In this document: one piece after another, positions 25,582 through 33,965 of the stretch
How the letters are laid out: the number at the start of each line of letters is the position of its first letter
How positions within the stretch are numbered: position 1 is the first letter of the stretch
NCBI GenBank assembly: GCA_038150265.1
Contig: JAYOTF010000032.1
Coordinates: forward strand, 1-38,917
Direction of reading: 5' to 3'
From: Deltaproteobacteria bacterium
Lineage (GTDB): Bacteria > SAR324 > NAC60-12
DNA length: 38,917 nt
Translations under genes and position numbers: made by a program
Notes under the pieces: generated by a model
Seen by the model: the letters and a program-made list of their open reading frames with translations, nothing else
Databases searched by the model: none
Told to the model about the DNA's origin: nothing

Positions 25582-26172
25582 TCATTTCTTGCTGGCAATT
25601 TCGGCAATCAACTCAGCGGATTGAGCAGCGCCCATGTTCGACAGTACTTCTGAGGCCTGCTTGTCCTTCATCCGCATCAGGATGTTTACGGCAACTTTGC
25701 GATCCAGGTTCGAGATCGACTGGGCAGCGGTGGCGGCATCCATCTTCGAATAGAAGGCGACCGCTTTGTCCAGCATCTCGTTGTCCTGAGCCTTTTTGGC
25801 TTCAATGCCTTGCTCAATCTCTTGTTGCAGGGTCTCCAGCTGCGTGATCTGGCGCTGAATGTCTTCCTGCAGGGCCTTTAGCTGAGTTTCCCGACGATCC
25901 AGGTCGGTTTCCCGAAGACGCATCCGCTCCTGCTGATCGGCAAGGCGCGTCAGAATCTCCTTTTCAGTAGCCGTAAACTCACGAGGCTTTTGGGCGCCAT
26001 CTGCCGCTTCCGGAGGAGGCGAGGCACAGAAGTCCAGCCCATATTCCCGACACAGATCCCCGAACGCCTGCGTGGCTTCGTCTACGCTGGTCGGTATGCT
26101 ATAAGCGGGCCTTGGCTGAAAAAGAATCAGAGTCGTCAAGGCTACTAAACTGATTAAAAACGAATTTTTCAC
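25582..26172 (-). CDS. MotE/FlbB/YlxF-like flagellar protein (coiled coil + MgtE_N-like domain)
   Basis: Likely GTG start at 26172 with a hydrophobic N-terminus; coiled coil; C-terminal YSKMDAATAAQSI...IL.RMKDKQASEVLSNM; located between fliJ and fliK. Confidence 0.8.
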   Translation of the reverse strand: MKNSFLISLVALTTLILFQPRPAYSIPTSVDEATQAFGDLCREYGLDFCASPPPEAADGAQKPREFTATEKEILTRLADQQERMRLRETDLDRRETQLKALQEDIQRQITQLETLQQEIEQGIEAKKAQDNEMLDKAVAFYSKMDAATAAQSISNLDRKVAVNILMRMKDKQASEVLSNMGAAQSAELIAEIASKK

Positions 26173-26245
26173 ACGCAAATCGGGAAAGAGGTCAAAGGGG
26201 CAGAGTCCGGCCCTCCGGCAGAGGAAGAAGGTTGCAGCAAAAAAC

Positions 26246-26689
26246 TCATGTCCTTTCTCGGTAACGTCGCAAGTTCTGGGCAATTTCATCCGCCTCCATG
26301 CGTTCGCGACGCTCCATCTCGGCACGATGCTCCCGCTCCTGCTTTTCTTTCAAAATTTCCAACACCCGCTTCTTCTGAGAAGCCCGGGTCAGTTCCTGAC
26401 GCTTCAGTTGCACCACCTGCTGCTGGCGACGGAGGTGCTCATCCGTGACTTCCAAGATGCGTTCCAAGCGGCTCTGGAACTGCTGGCTCATCTGCAGGTC
26501 TGCCACGGTGAAGCCGGTTTGCTTGGACTGGTTGGTCTTGTCCAGGTTGTCAGCCAGGGCCTCTTGCACCAGGTCCTGCTGACGCTGAATGCGCTGCTCA
26601 ATCTGAAGCTCCTCCGCCAGTGCTTTCTGGTAGAGCTTCTCCAGGCGTTCCCGGACCTTGAGTGCCGTTTCGAGGTTGAAGCGAGGCAT
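26246..26689 (-). CDS. fliJ: Flagellar export chaperone
   Basis: 147 aa coiled-coil protein starting MPRFNLETALKVRE and ending LEILKEKQ...ERMEADE; flagellar context. Confidence 0.88.
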   Translation of the reverse strand: MPRFNLETALKVRERLEKLYQKALAEELQIEQRIQRQQDLVQEALADNLDKTNQSKQTGFTVADLQMSQQFQSRLERILEVTDEHLRRQQQVVQLKRQELTRASQKKRVLEILKEKQEREHRAEMERRERMEADEIAQNLRRYRERT

Positions 26690-26823
26690 GAGACGAGTTG
26701 CAGAAGGAGAACGAACAGGCCCGCCTCTGAAGGCAGAAGGCGAGCACGGGATCTATGGTTGGAGAGGGATGCAAATACTTTGCTAGCTCTCAGAGGGAGC
26801 CGGCGAAGTTCACGGTGTTTCTC

Positions 26824-27831
26824 TCAGGAACCGGTAATTTCGACCTCCAGGCGCTGCCGGTAGGGCTGCTCCGGAGTCACACCAATCGAAGGGAAGTGCG
26901 GGTGATTGAGGCTGTCGGGAAAGTGCTGAGGCTCCAGGCACACGCCGCCAAAACGTCCATGCGCCTGCCCGTCCAGGCCTCCGGTAAAGGGCTGCAGGTG
27001 CATGGCATTGTAAAGCTGCAGACCGGGTTGATCGGTCCACAACCGCAGGGTCACGCCATTGGGTGCCGCAAGCACGGCTGCGGGCTCCTCCAGGTTGCGT
27101 TCCGGATGCAGCACCAGGTTGATGTCGGTGCCCTGCTGTTCCGGATCCGCCTCGGCCAGGGTCCGGGCTTCGGTGAAGTCGAAGTGGGTTCCCGACAACT
27201 CCACCCGTTCTCCGGTCGGAATCAGTGTTGCGTCAGTGGGCGTGTACTGAGTCGCTGCCACCTGAAGCTGATGCGTCCAGACTTCTCCGGCGCCCATCAG
27301 GTTGTAGTAGGAGTGCTGAGCGAGGTTGATCGGAGTCGGTCGGTCCGGGAGCCCTTCCATTTCGTAGATCAGGCGGTTGCCTTGCAGGCGGACCTGCAGG
27401 CGAAACTCAACGGCGCCAGGGTAGCCTTCTTCCTGATCCGGAGAGTGATAGGTCAGTTGCACCTGTTCCTGCGAGGCGTCCGCCTCCAGGGTCCACAGAC
27501 GCTTGCCCAACCCGCGGAATCCCCCATGCAGGTGATGCGGAGGCTGGTTCAGGGGCAGCTGGTACTCGGTTCCCTGAAAGGTGAAGCGCCCTTGTGCCGT
27601 CCGGTTGGCCACCCGCCCGGCGATCACTCCCAGGCTGGCCGTGTCTGTGACGTAACGCTGGGCGTCTTCGTATCCCACGACGACCGGAATTCGCTGACTT
27701 CCCAGCGGGATCCGCCAGTCGCGGGTGATCGCCCCATAATTGAGGAGAGCCACTGAGACATCCCCGCTTTCCAGGATGACTTCTTCAATGGAGTGACCGT
27801 CGTATTCAGCAACTTTTCGAGGACCACGCAT
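26824..27831 (-). CDS. galM: Aldose 1-epimerase (galactose mutarotase)
   Basis: GRVANR, HLHGG, EGYPG, NLAQHSYYNL, TDQPGLQLY, CLEPQHFPDSLN. Confidence 0.95.
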   Translation of the reverse strand: MRGPRKVAEYDGHSIEEVILESGDVSVALLNYGAITRDWRIPLGSQRIPVVVGYEDAQRYVTDTASLGVIAGRVANRTAQGRFTFQGTEYQLPLNQPPHHLHGGFRGLGKRLWTLEADASQEQVQLTYHSPDQEEGYPGAVEFRLQVRLQGNRLIYEMEGLPDRPTPINLAQHSYYNLMGAGEVWTHQLQVAATQYTPTDATLIPTGERVELSGTHFDFTEARTLAEADPEQQGTDINLVLHPERNLEEPAAVLAAPNGVTLRLWTDQPGLQLYNAMHLQPFTGGLDGQAHGRFGGVCLEPQHFPDSLNHPHFPSIGVTPEQPYRQRLEVEITGS

Positions 27832-27940
27832 GCGAATGGTTGGAGGTAGGGTTCGTTAAACGTAAAAGCGACGAGACGCTTCAGAAACAGGACTGGCCCA
27901 GTGGTTTCACCTGCTGGGAGACACCCCAAAAGGAGCCAGT

Positions 27941-29917
27941 TTACGATTCATCTTCTGCGAGCACAATCAGCGCGTCCTTACGGCACAGCCGGAAGGAACG
28001 GTCCTTCCGAGGGATGACGTGGATGCCAAACAGCTGGGCGGCATCGCGCTGCTCGCGCACCAGCTTGATGCCGAAGCAGACTTCCCGGCGCTGCTGAGCC
28101 GCAAGCACACACTCGCCAAAGCTGACCTCGATTTCCTCCTGATCGGCAAAATCGAAATACAGCTCGGCGTGCTTCACATACACCTCGCTGCCTTCCTCGG
28201 AGAAGAGGTCTTCATAAACGCGCATCACGTCTGCTTCCACGGCAATCTGAGCAAAGATGCGCGACACAAACTGGTTGGAAATGAGGAAGTCCTTGACCCC
28301 AACCTGAACCACCAACTCCGTGTTTTCCGAGTTCACAATTTCCGTGATCAGCTTGGTTGTGATCTCCTCACCCGTCGCCCGCTCATGCTCCTGGAAGAGG
28401 TGGCGGATCTGCAACAGGCGCATGATGGTCTTGGCATCAATTTCTTCCGCCTCTTCACCGCTCCCGGCCAAGATGGAAACCGTGGTGTAGATCGGCAAGT
28501 TCAGCGCCGTCAGCTCCTCTTGCGAGTGAAAATCGATCTCGTTGAGCGTCATCTGGATGCGGGGGAAGTGAGCGGCAATCTCCTCAAAGGTCTTCCGGAT
28601 CACTTGGTTGTTGCCTTGCTCAATGAGCAGGTTCACCGATGAGCCTTCGGTCATGTACGCCGCGTACTCCCGCAGAACAATGGGCGCCTTGTTGTTCCAG
28701 CCCACCACCAGGTGATTTTCCGGAAGAAGCGTGTGACGCAAGGTGGAGTAAGGCCGGGGCTCCGGAGTCACTGCGGGCGTCTTTGAAAAGTCGATGGTCG
28801 AGTCGTCATCGGCGAGCACCACAATGTCATCCTCCTCCTGCAGCACCCGATCCTGAGGCGGGTTGAGGATGATCCGTCCCTCCGGCGTCCGGATCCCAAG
28901 CGGCACGCTCTCCATGAAGTGGTACTGCAGCGCTCCAAACGTCAGGGCCCCCCACCCGCCTTCTGGTCGGTAGAAGTAAAACTCGTTGCCCTGGAAGCCC
29001 ACGAGGTCGGAGTACACCATCGCCAGTCCTTCATTCCGAGAGGTCTGCACCAGCATCCGGGCCAGGATTTCGGCTTCGTTCAGTGTCGTGATCTTGCCCT
29101 CAACAATGCTCTGAGCCAGGATGCGGTAGCGGTCGATGTGCACCTCTGCCACCACAGGCGGCACCCCCTCTTCTCCCTTCGCCGAGACCACGGCCATGAT
29201 GGTCTTCAGCACGCGCGCGTCTGCGGACTCCTTGGTCAGGTCATCATCTGAAGACTTGGCGTCATTGAGGATCACCACGGAGTGCGCAAACTCGATGCCA
29301 GCGCTTTGCAGATTCTTCAAACTGGTCGGCGACCCACTCCGGGTGATCACGCGAGTCGTCAGAAACCCGTGAATGTTCTCCCGGATGTAGTCATCCATCT
29401 TCTCCTTGTCCTGATCTGCCAGAATCACCACCACTCCGGAGTCCGACTCATTGGCCACAATCAACTCCCGGATGATCTCAATCACGCGGCCGCTGAAGCC
29501 CACGATGAGGATGTGATCCGATTCCAGCACCAGGCTCTTGCCCTTGCGGAGGATGGACAGGCGGCGCTCGAACTCCTGAGTGATGAAGGCCACCATGCTG
29601 GAAAACAGCACCAGCCCCACAAAGATCGTCAGGATCGCCACCAGCTTCCCGGCAAAGTTGGACTGTGCATCCAACTCCGCCAGGGCCCCAGAGTCAATGA
29701 TCTGGAAAAAAGCATGCCAGAGCAAAAATCCCTGGTCCTCAATGGCCTCATCCGGAAAGATGAAAAATGTCCCTAAACGCACCGCTCCCATCACGACAAA
29801 CGCAATGAAGAAGAGGAACAGAAGTGCTAGAAAAACAGAGGCTCCGCCCTTGGACATGAAGTTATCCAGGCGGTAACGGAACCTTTCAGAAAGGGTATGT
29901 TTCTTTGTTAAGGACAT
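27941..29917 (-). CDS. CASTOR/POLLUX (DMI1)-like putative cation channel with two RCK-like domains
   Basis: RFRYRLDNFMSKG, TM-pore-TM with filter-like IDSGALA, LRKGKSLVLESDHILIVG, ITRSGSP, DLVGFQGNEFYF, EDLFSEEGSEVY. Confidence 0.88.
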   Translation of the reverse strand: MSLTKKHTLSERFRYRLDNFMSKGGASVFLALLFLFFIAFVVMGAVRLGTFFIFPDEAIEDQGFLLWHAFFQIIDSGALAELDAQSNFAGKLVAILTIFVGLVLFSSMVAFITQEFERRLSILRKGKSLVLESDHILIVGFSGRVIEIIRELIVANESDSGVVVILADQDKEKMDDYIRENIHGFLTTRVITRSGSPTSLKNLQSAGIEFAHSVVILNDAKSSDDDLTKESADARVLKTIMAVVSAKGEEGVPPVVAEVHIDRYRILAQSIVEGKITTLNEAEILARMLVQTSRNEGLAMVYSDLVGFQGNEFYFYRPEGGWGALTFGALQYHFMESVPLGIRTPEGRIILNPPQDRVLQEEDDIVVLADDDSTIDFSKTPAVTPEPRPYSTLRHTLLPENHLVVGWNNKAPIVLREYAAYMTEGSSVNLLIEQGNNQVIRKTFEEIAAHFPRIQMTLNEIDFHSQEELTALNLPIYTTVSILAGSGEEAEEIDAKTIMRLLQIRHLFQEHERATGEEITTKLITEIVNSENTELVVQVGVKDFLISNQFVSRIFAQIAVEADVMRVYEDLFSEEGSEVYVKHAELYFDFADQEEIEVSFGECVLAAQQRREVCFGIKLVREQRDAAQLFGIHVIPRKDRSFRLCRKDALIVLAEDES

Positions 29918-30420
29918 CAGGTTAATTCCAAATTTAAAATCGCTTCAATCGCTTGAAAAAGCGATCGGTCAAGGGGGGACGCGCTGACAACGGAAACCGC
30001 CATCGGTTCACTTTCTGAAAACAGTTCAGCCACTTAAACCACGGCTGAGGCCTCCGCCAGAGCAAATGAGCAAGAGTTAAACCAACCGCTCCCTCCCTTT
30101 CCTTTTTATGACAAAAGAGGCGCCCAACCCGTCTCGCTTCGGCTCGGCAGGGTCTATTACTAACCGAAGGGAGATCGCTTGGCAAGAGCGGAACCTCCTC
30201 CTCAGCAAAGGCCGCTGGCCACACACGTCGCCAGATGAGGAACAACGGGCCCACCCGCCAGTCAAAATTGTCAGTAATCAAATTTTAATCGGACAAAGAG
30301 AAAGGACGCACGAGGTCTTGCCAGCCCATCAAAGAGCTTGAGTCAGGGAGGCCAGGAAACGGGTCAGGCAAGGGACGTGTACGGAAGGGGAGATGGCGGA
30401 TCTGAAGACCCGCCGGGAGA

Positions 30421-31749
30421 TCAGCGGTGCTGCATCTCGAAGAGCTTGCTCCGGACCTCAGAGAGGATTTCATGAATGGGCAGATCCGGGAAGTCTTCCC
30501 AGCCCATGAGGTTGAGGATGTAGCGCTTGAGGCGAGGACGCTTGAGGTCTCGCCCTTCCCACATGTAGTGCACTTCCTCGTGCTCGCGCGGAAGCGGGCG
30601 GCCGTCAATGTCCCGCCGCAGCAGGAACTTGAGGGCGGAATCCGGATACTGCTGAACAAAACGGGCCATTGATTCTGCGGTAATCGGGCCATTTCCAAAA
30701 ACTACATCTGCGTCGTCTTCCACTACCTGTACCAGTCCAAGGTTTTCAATTTCCGGATCCTCTCCATAGTCGTCGTCCTCAAAGTCCAGCAAGGCGCCAA
30801 CGCTTTGCACCACTTCAGGCTGAGGAGCAGGAACCGCGTCTTCTTCAAGGACCTCCGCCTGATCTGAAAGCAGGTCGGGAAGCGGAGGGTCTGCCACTGG
30901 AACCCCCAGGTCCAGATCGGGCTCCAGGAGCAACTCGGGAGGGCTTGAGGCTTCAGAAGCATCCACAACCGGCGCTTCTGATGCCGATGCTAGCAAGGGC
31001 TCCTGAGAAACACCAGTCCCGGATTCGGAAGACGCAGGAAGCGGGCGCTCCGGAACGTAGTTCGAGGGGCGCACAAAACGAATCGGCTCGTGGCTCCTCG
31101 GCTTTGAAGGACGTGCCTCCGAGGTCGGCTCCTGGGTGAGCGTCTCCACTGAGACGCCTCGCTGCTTGGCAATCATCCCAAGGACGCTTTGCACAAACTG
31201 ACGGCCCTCCAAACGCTCCTGCACCTGCTTGCGGAGCTGGAGGAGGCTCTCTGGCGTGTAGTGCTGTTCCGGCTCGGACGCCTCCGGAGCCGAAGCCGCC
31301 CGCGCCTCTGGTGAAGCCAGAAACAGCGCCCAGTACCCCTCAAGCAGCAGCAGCAGGTCCCGAAGCGGGTGGCCGGGCTGCTGAAGCCCCAGCGCCACAC
31401 TGCGTTTGAGGCTCACCGGGTGGTGCCGCCCACGGGCCGCCTGATTGAAGGCGCGCTGAATGCGTTGCCGAAGGCGGGCTCTCAGCTCAGGGCCGTGATG
31501 CTGCTGCAGGTAGGCCAGGAAGTTTTGCCGCTTCGTTGGATCCAGCTGCCCCCTCAGGACCTCGCCTTCCTGCTCAAAGAAGCTCTCCAGGACGCCCTCT
31601 CCGGCCACCACTTCTTCCGGGGTGGGAGAGTCGAGGACAAATCCGGAATAGTGCAGGTGTTCCAGCAGTTGCACCAGGAGTGATTCATCATCCGGCAACG
31701 TCGGGTCAAGCCGTGGGGGAGCCCCCCGTGAAACCGTACTTCGGTGCAT
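30421..31749 (-). CDS. Hypothetical protein (helical N-domain, Pro/acidic linker, compact C-domain)
   Basis: Long ORF with protein-like composition; start uncertain (ATG 31749 chosen, ORF open to 31854); no family recognised. Confidence 0.65.
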   Translation of the reverse strand: MHRSTVSRGAPPRLDPTLPDDESLLVQLLEHLHYSGFVLDSPTPEEVVAGEGVLESFFEQEGEVLRGQLDPTKRQNFLAYLQQHHGPELRARLRQRIQRAFNQAARGRHHPVSLKRSVALGLQQPGHPLRDLLLLLEGYWALFLASPEARAASAPEASEPEQHYTPESLLQLRKQVQERLEGRQFVQSVLGMIAKQRGVSVETLTQEPTSEARPSKPRSHEPIRFVRPSNYVPERPLPASSESGTGVSQEPLLASASEAPVVDASEASSPPELLLEPDLDLGVPVADPPLPDLLSDQAEVLEEDAVPAPQPEVVQSVGALLDFEDDDYGEDPEIENLGLVQVVEDDADVVFGNGPITAESMARFVQQYPDSALKFLLRRDIDGRPLPREHEEVHYMWEGRDLKRPRLKRYILNLMGWEDFPDLPIHEILSEVRSKLFEMQHR

Positions 31750-31987
31750 GGTCCGCCAAGAAGGGAAGTCAAAAACAAACTGGGGCACCCCAACTTGCTG
31801 AGTTATCCTCAAAAAAACTCTGCGATTATGGGAAAATCGCATTGTGGTTGGCAAGGATTTTTTTTAATTTTGTGACAACACTGCCACGCACAGGGGCTCC
31901 TGGCCTGTTTTTCTGGCTGGGTCGCCCATCTCCTGCCCATCTGTTCGGCTCAACTTCAATAACGTCTCTTCCCAGAAAGAACCGCGA

Positions 31988-33916
31988 ATGATCAGCCTGG
32001 CTGGCCTTACAATGAATTATGGACAGAAGGTCCTGTTCGAGGATGTCTCCCTCAGCTTTGACCCCGGCAAGCGTTACGGGCTGGTGGGCGCCAACGGCGT
32101 GGGGAAGACCACCCTCCTGCGGATCCTCTCCAACGAGGAGACCCCGACGGCAGGAGTCGTCTCGGTTCCTCGGCAGGCCCAGGTCGGTGTCCTCAAGCAG
32201 GATCACTTCCAGTATGAGAAGGAGTCGGTGCTGAATGTCGTCCTGCGGGGACGTCAGGAGCTCTGGGACGCGATGCATGAAAAGGAGCACCTCCTGGAAA
32301 GTGGGCAGCAGGATGCTGAAACCGGGCACCGCCTTGCCGAGCTGGAGGGCATCATCGCCGAGCAGGACGGCTACGTCGCCGAGTCCTTTGCCGCTGAGCT
32401 GCTGGCCGGGCTGGGCATTGGGAATGCGTACCATCCGGGCCCCATGAGCGCCCTCTCCGGAGGCTTCAAGCTCCGGGTGCTGCTGGCGCAGTTGCTCTTC
32501 CGACGTCCGGATGTGCTGATGCTCGACGAGCCCACCAACCACCTGGACATCGTTTCCATCAAGTGGCTGGAAGCCTTCCTCCGTGACCAGTTCAATGGCA
32601 CGCTGATCTTCATCTCCCACGACCGCCAGTTCCTCAACTCCGTGGCCACGCACATCGTGGACATCGACTACCAGGAGCTGCGCCTCTACCCCGGAAACTA
32701 CGAGCAGTTTCTGGATGCCAAGGCGCTCAATGAAGAGCAGAAGAAGAAGCTCATTGAAAGCCAGGAACGCAAGGTCGCAGAAATGCAGGCGTTTGTGGAC
32801 CGGTTCCGCTACAAGGCCACCAAGGCTCGCCAGGCGCAGTCCCGGGCCAAGATGATCGACAAGATGGAGATCCCGGAAATCAAGCGTTCCTCCCGGATTG
32901 CACCGCAGCTTCGGTTTGAGCAAACCCGCCCCTCCGGGAAGGTCGTGCTGCAGGCAGAAGGCCTCTCCAAGTCCTATGGTCCGGTCTCGGTGCTGGAAAA
33001 CATCTCCCTCGAAATTGAACGGGGGGAACGGGTCGCTCTCATTGGCCCAAACGGCATTGGCAAGTCCACGCTCCTCAAGTTGCTCCTGGAACAGATTCCC
33101 GCCGATGCGGGCAACTGGGAGTGGGGCCACGAGGTCAGCATTTCCTACTTTGCTCAGGATCACCACGAGCAGCTTCAGGGCAAAACCAGCGCCTACGAGT
33201 GGCTCTATCAGTATGCCCCTCAGGAAACCGTCAGCTTCATCCGCGGCCTGCTGGGACGGGTCCTGCTCTCGGGCGATGAGGCCATGAAGCAGGTCAAGTC
33301 TCTGAGCGGAGGCGAGTCTGCACGCCTGCTCTTTGCGCGGATGATGCTGGAAAAACGCAACGTGCTGGTGCTCGATGAGCCCACCAACCACCTGGACCTG
33401 GAAGGCGTGGACGCGCTGGCGGAAGCCGTTGCGCAGTACCCCGGAACCGTTCTGGTGGTCAGCCACGACCGGCACTTCGTCCGGCACATTGCCACCCACA
33501 TCCTCGAGCTGACTCCCGAGGGCGCCCGGAACTTCAAGGGCAGCTACGATGAGTTCCTGGAACGCTTTGGCGATGACTACCTCAGCCGCGACCAGGCCCT
33601 TTCCCAAACCCGAGACAGCGCTCCCGCAAAGTCCGGACCCTCCGGAGCGGAACGGCGCGAGGCCCGCAAGCAGCTGACGCGCCTGGAGCGAGACGCCGAA
33701 AAACTGGAACGCAAGATTGCCGAAAAGGAGCAGGAGATCGAATCCATTGATGCTCGCTTCGGCGCTGAAGACTTTTATCAGAACACCCCGCCTGAGAAAG
33801 TCAGAGAGCTTGAGAAATACAAGCAACGCCTGACCAACCGCCTCAATGATGACCTGAAACAGTGGGAGAATGTTGCTGAACAATTAGAAAAGGTCAAAGA
33901 CCTCGTTGGTGCCTGA
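31988..33916 (+). CDS. ABC-F family ribosome-associated ATPase (YbiT-like core with a C-terminal coiled-coil extension)
   Basis: Two NBDs (GANGVGKT/LSGG/LDEPTNHLD; GPNGIGKS/LSGGE/LDEPTNHLD), inter-domain linker FRYKATKARQAQSR, no TM segments. Confidence 0.95.
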   Translation: MISLAGLTMNYGQKVLFEDVSLSFDPGKRYGLVGANGVGKTTLLRILSNEETPTAGVVSVPRQAQVGVLKQDHFQYEKESVLNVVLRGRQELWDAMHEKEHLLESGQQDAETGHRLAELEGIIAEQDGYVAESFAAELLAGLGIGNAYHPGPMSALSGGFKLRVLLAQLLFRRPDVLMLDEPTNHLDIVSIKWLEAFLRDQFNGTLIFISHDRQFLNSVATHIVDIDYQELRLYPGNYEQFLDAKALNEEQKKKLIESQERKVAEMQAFVDRFRYKATKARQAQSRAKMIDKMEIPEIKRSSRIAPQLRFEQTRPSGKVVLQAEGLSKSYGPVSVLENISLEIERGERVALIGPNGIGKSTLLKLLLEQIPADAGNWEWGHEVSISYFAQDHHEQLQGKTSAYEWLYQYAPQETVSFIRGLLGRVLLSGDEAMKQVKSLSGGESARLLFARMMLEKRNVLVLDEPTNHLDLEGVDALAEAVAQYPGTVLVVSHDRHFVRHIATHILELTPEGARNFKGSYDEFLERFGDDYLSRDQALSQTRDSAPAKSGPSGAERREARKQLTRLERDAEKLERKIAEKEQEIESIDARFGAEDFYQNTPPEKVRELEKYKQRLTNRLNDDLKQWENVAEQLEKVKDLVGA

Positions 33917-33965
33917 CCCGTGCCGAGCCCTTTGAGTTTTCAAACGCTTTTCCATCAAAGGACCT

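Noticed and set aside
29934..30341. 62-115-aa ORFs in the gap upstream of the channel gene
   Set aside because: Mutually overlapping, atypical composition, and no convincing RBS or motifs.
30310..30420. yybP-ykoY (Mn) riboswitch suggested by minus-strand GGCAAGACCT
   Set aside because: The required upstream GGGGAGTAG element is absent.
31826..33883. 685-aa minus-strand ORF
   Set aside because: Antisense shadow of the ABC-F gene; long stop-free antisense frames are expected with GC-rich codon bias, and it has no recognisable motifs.
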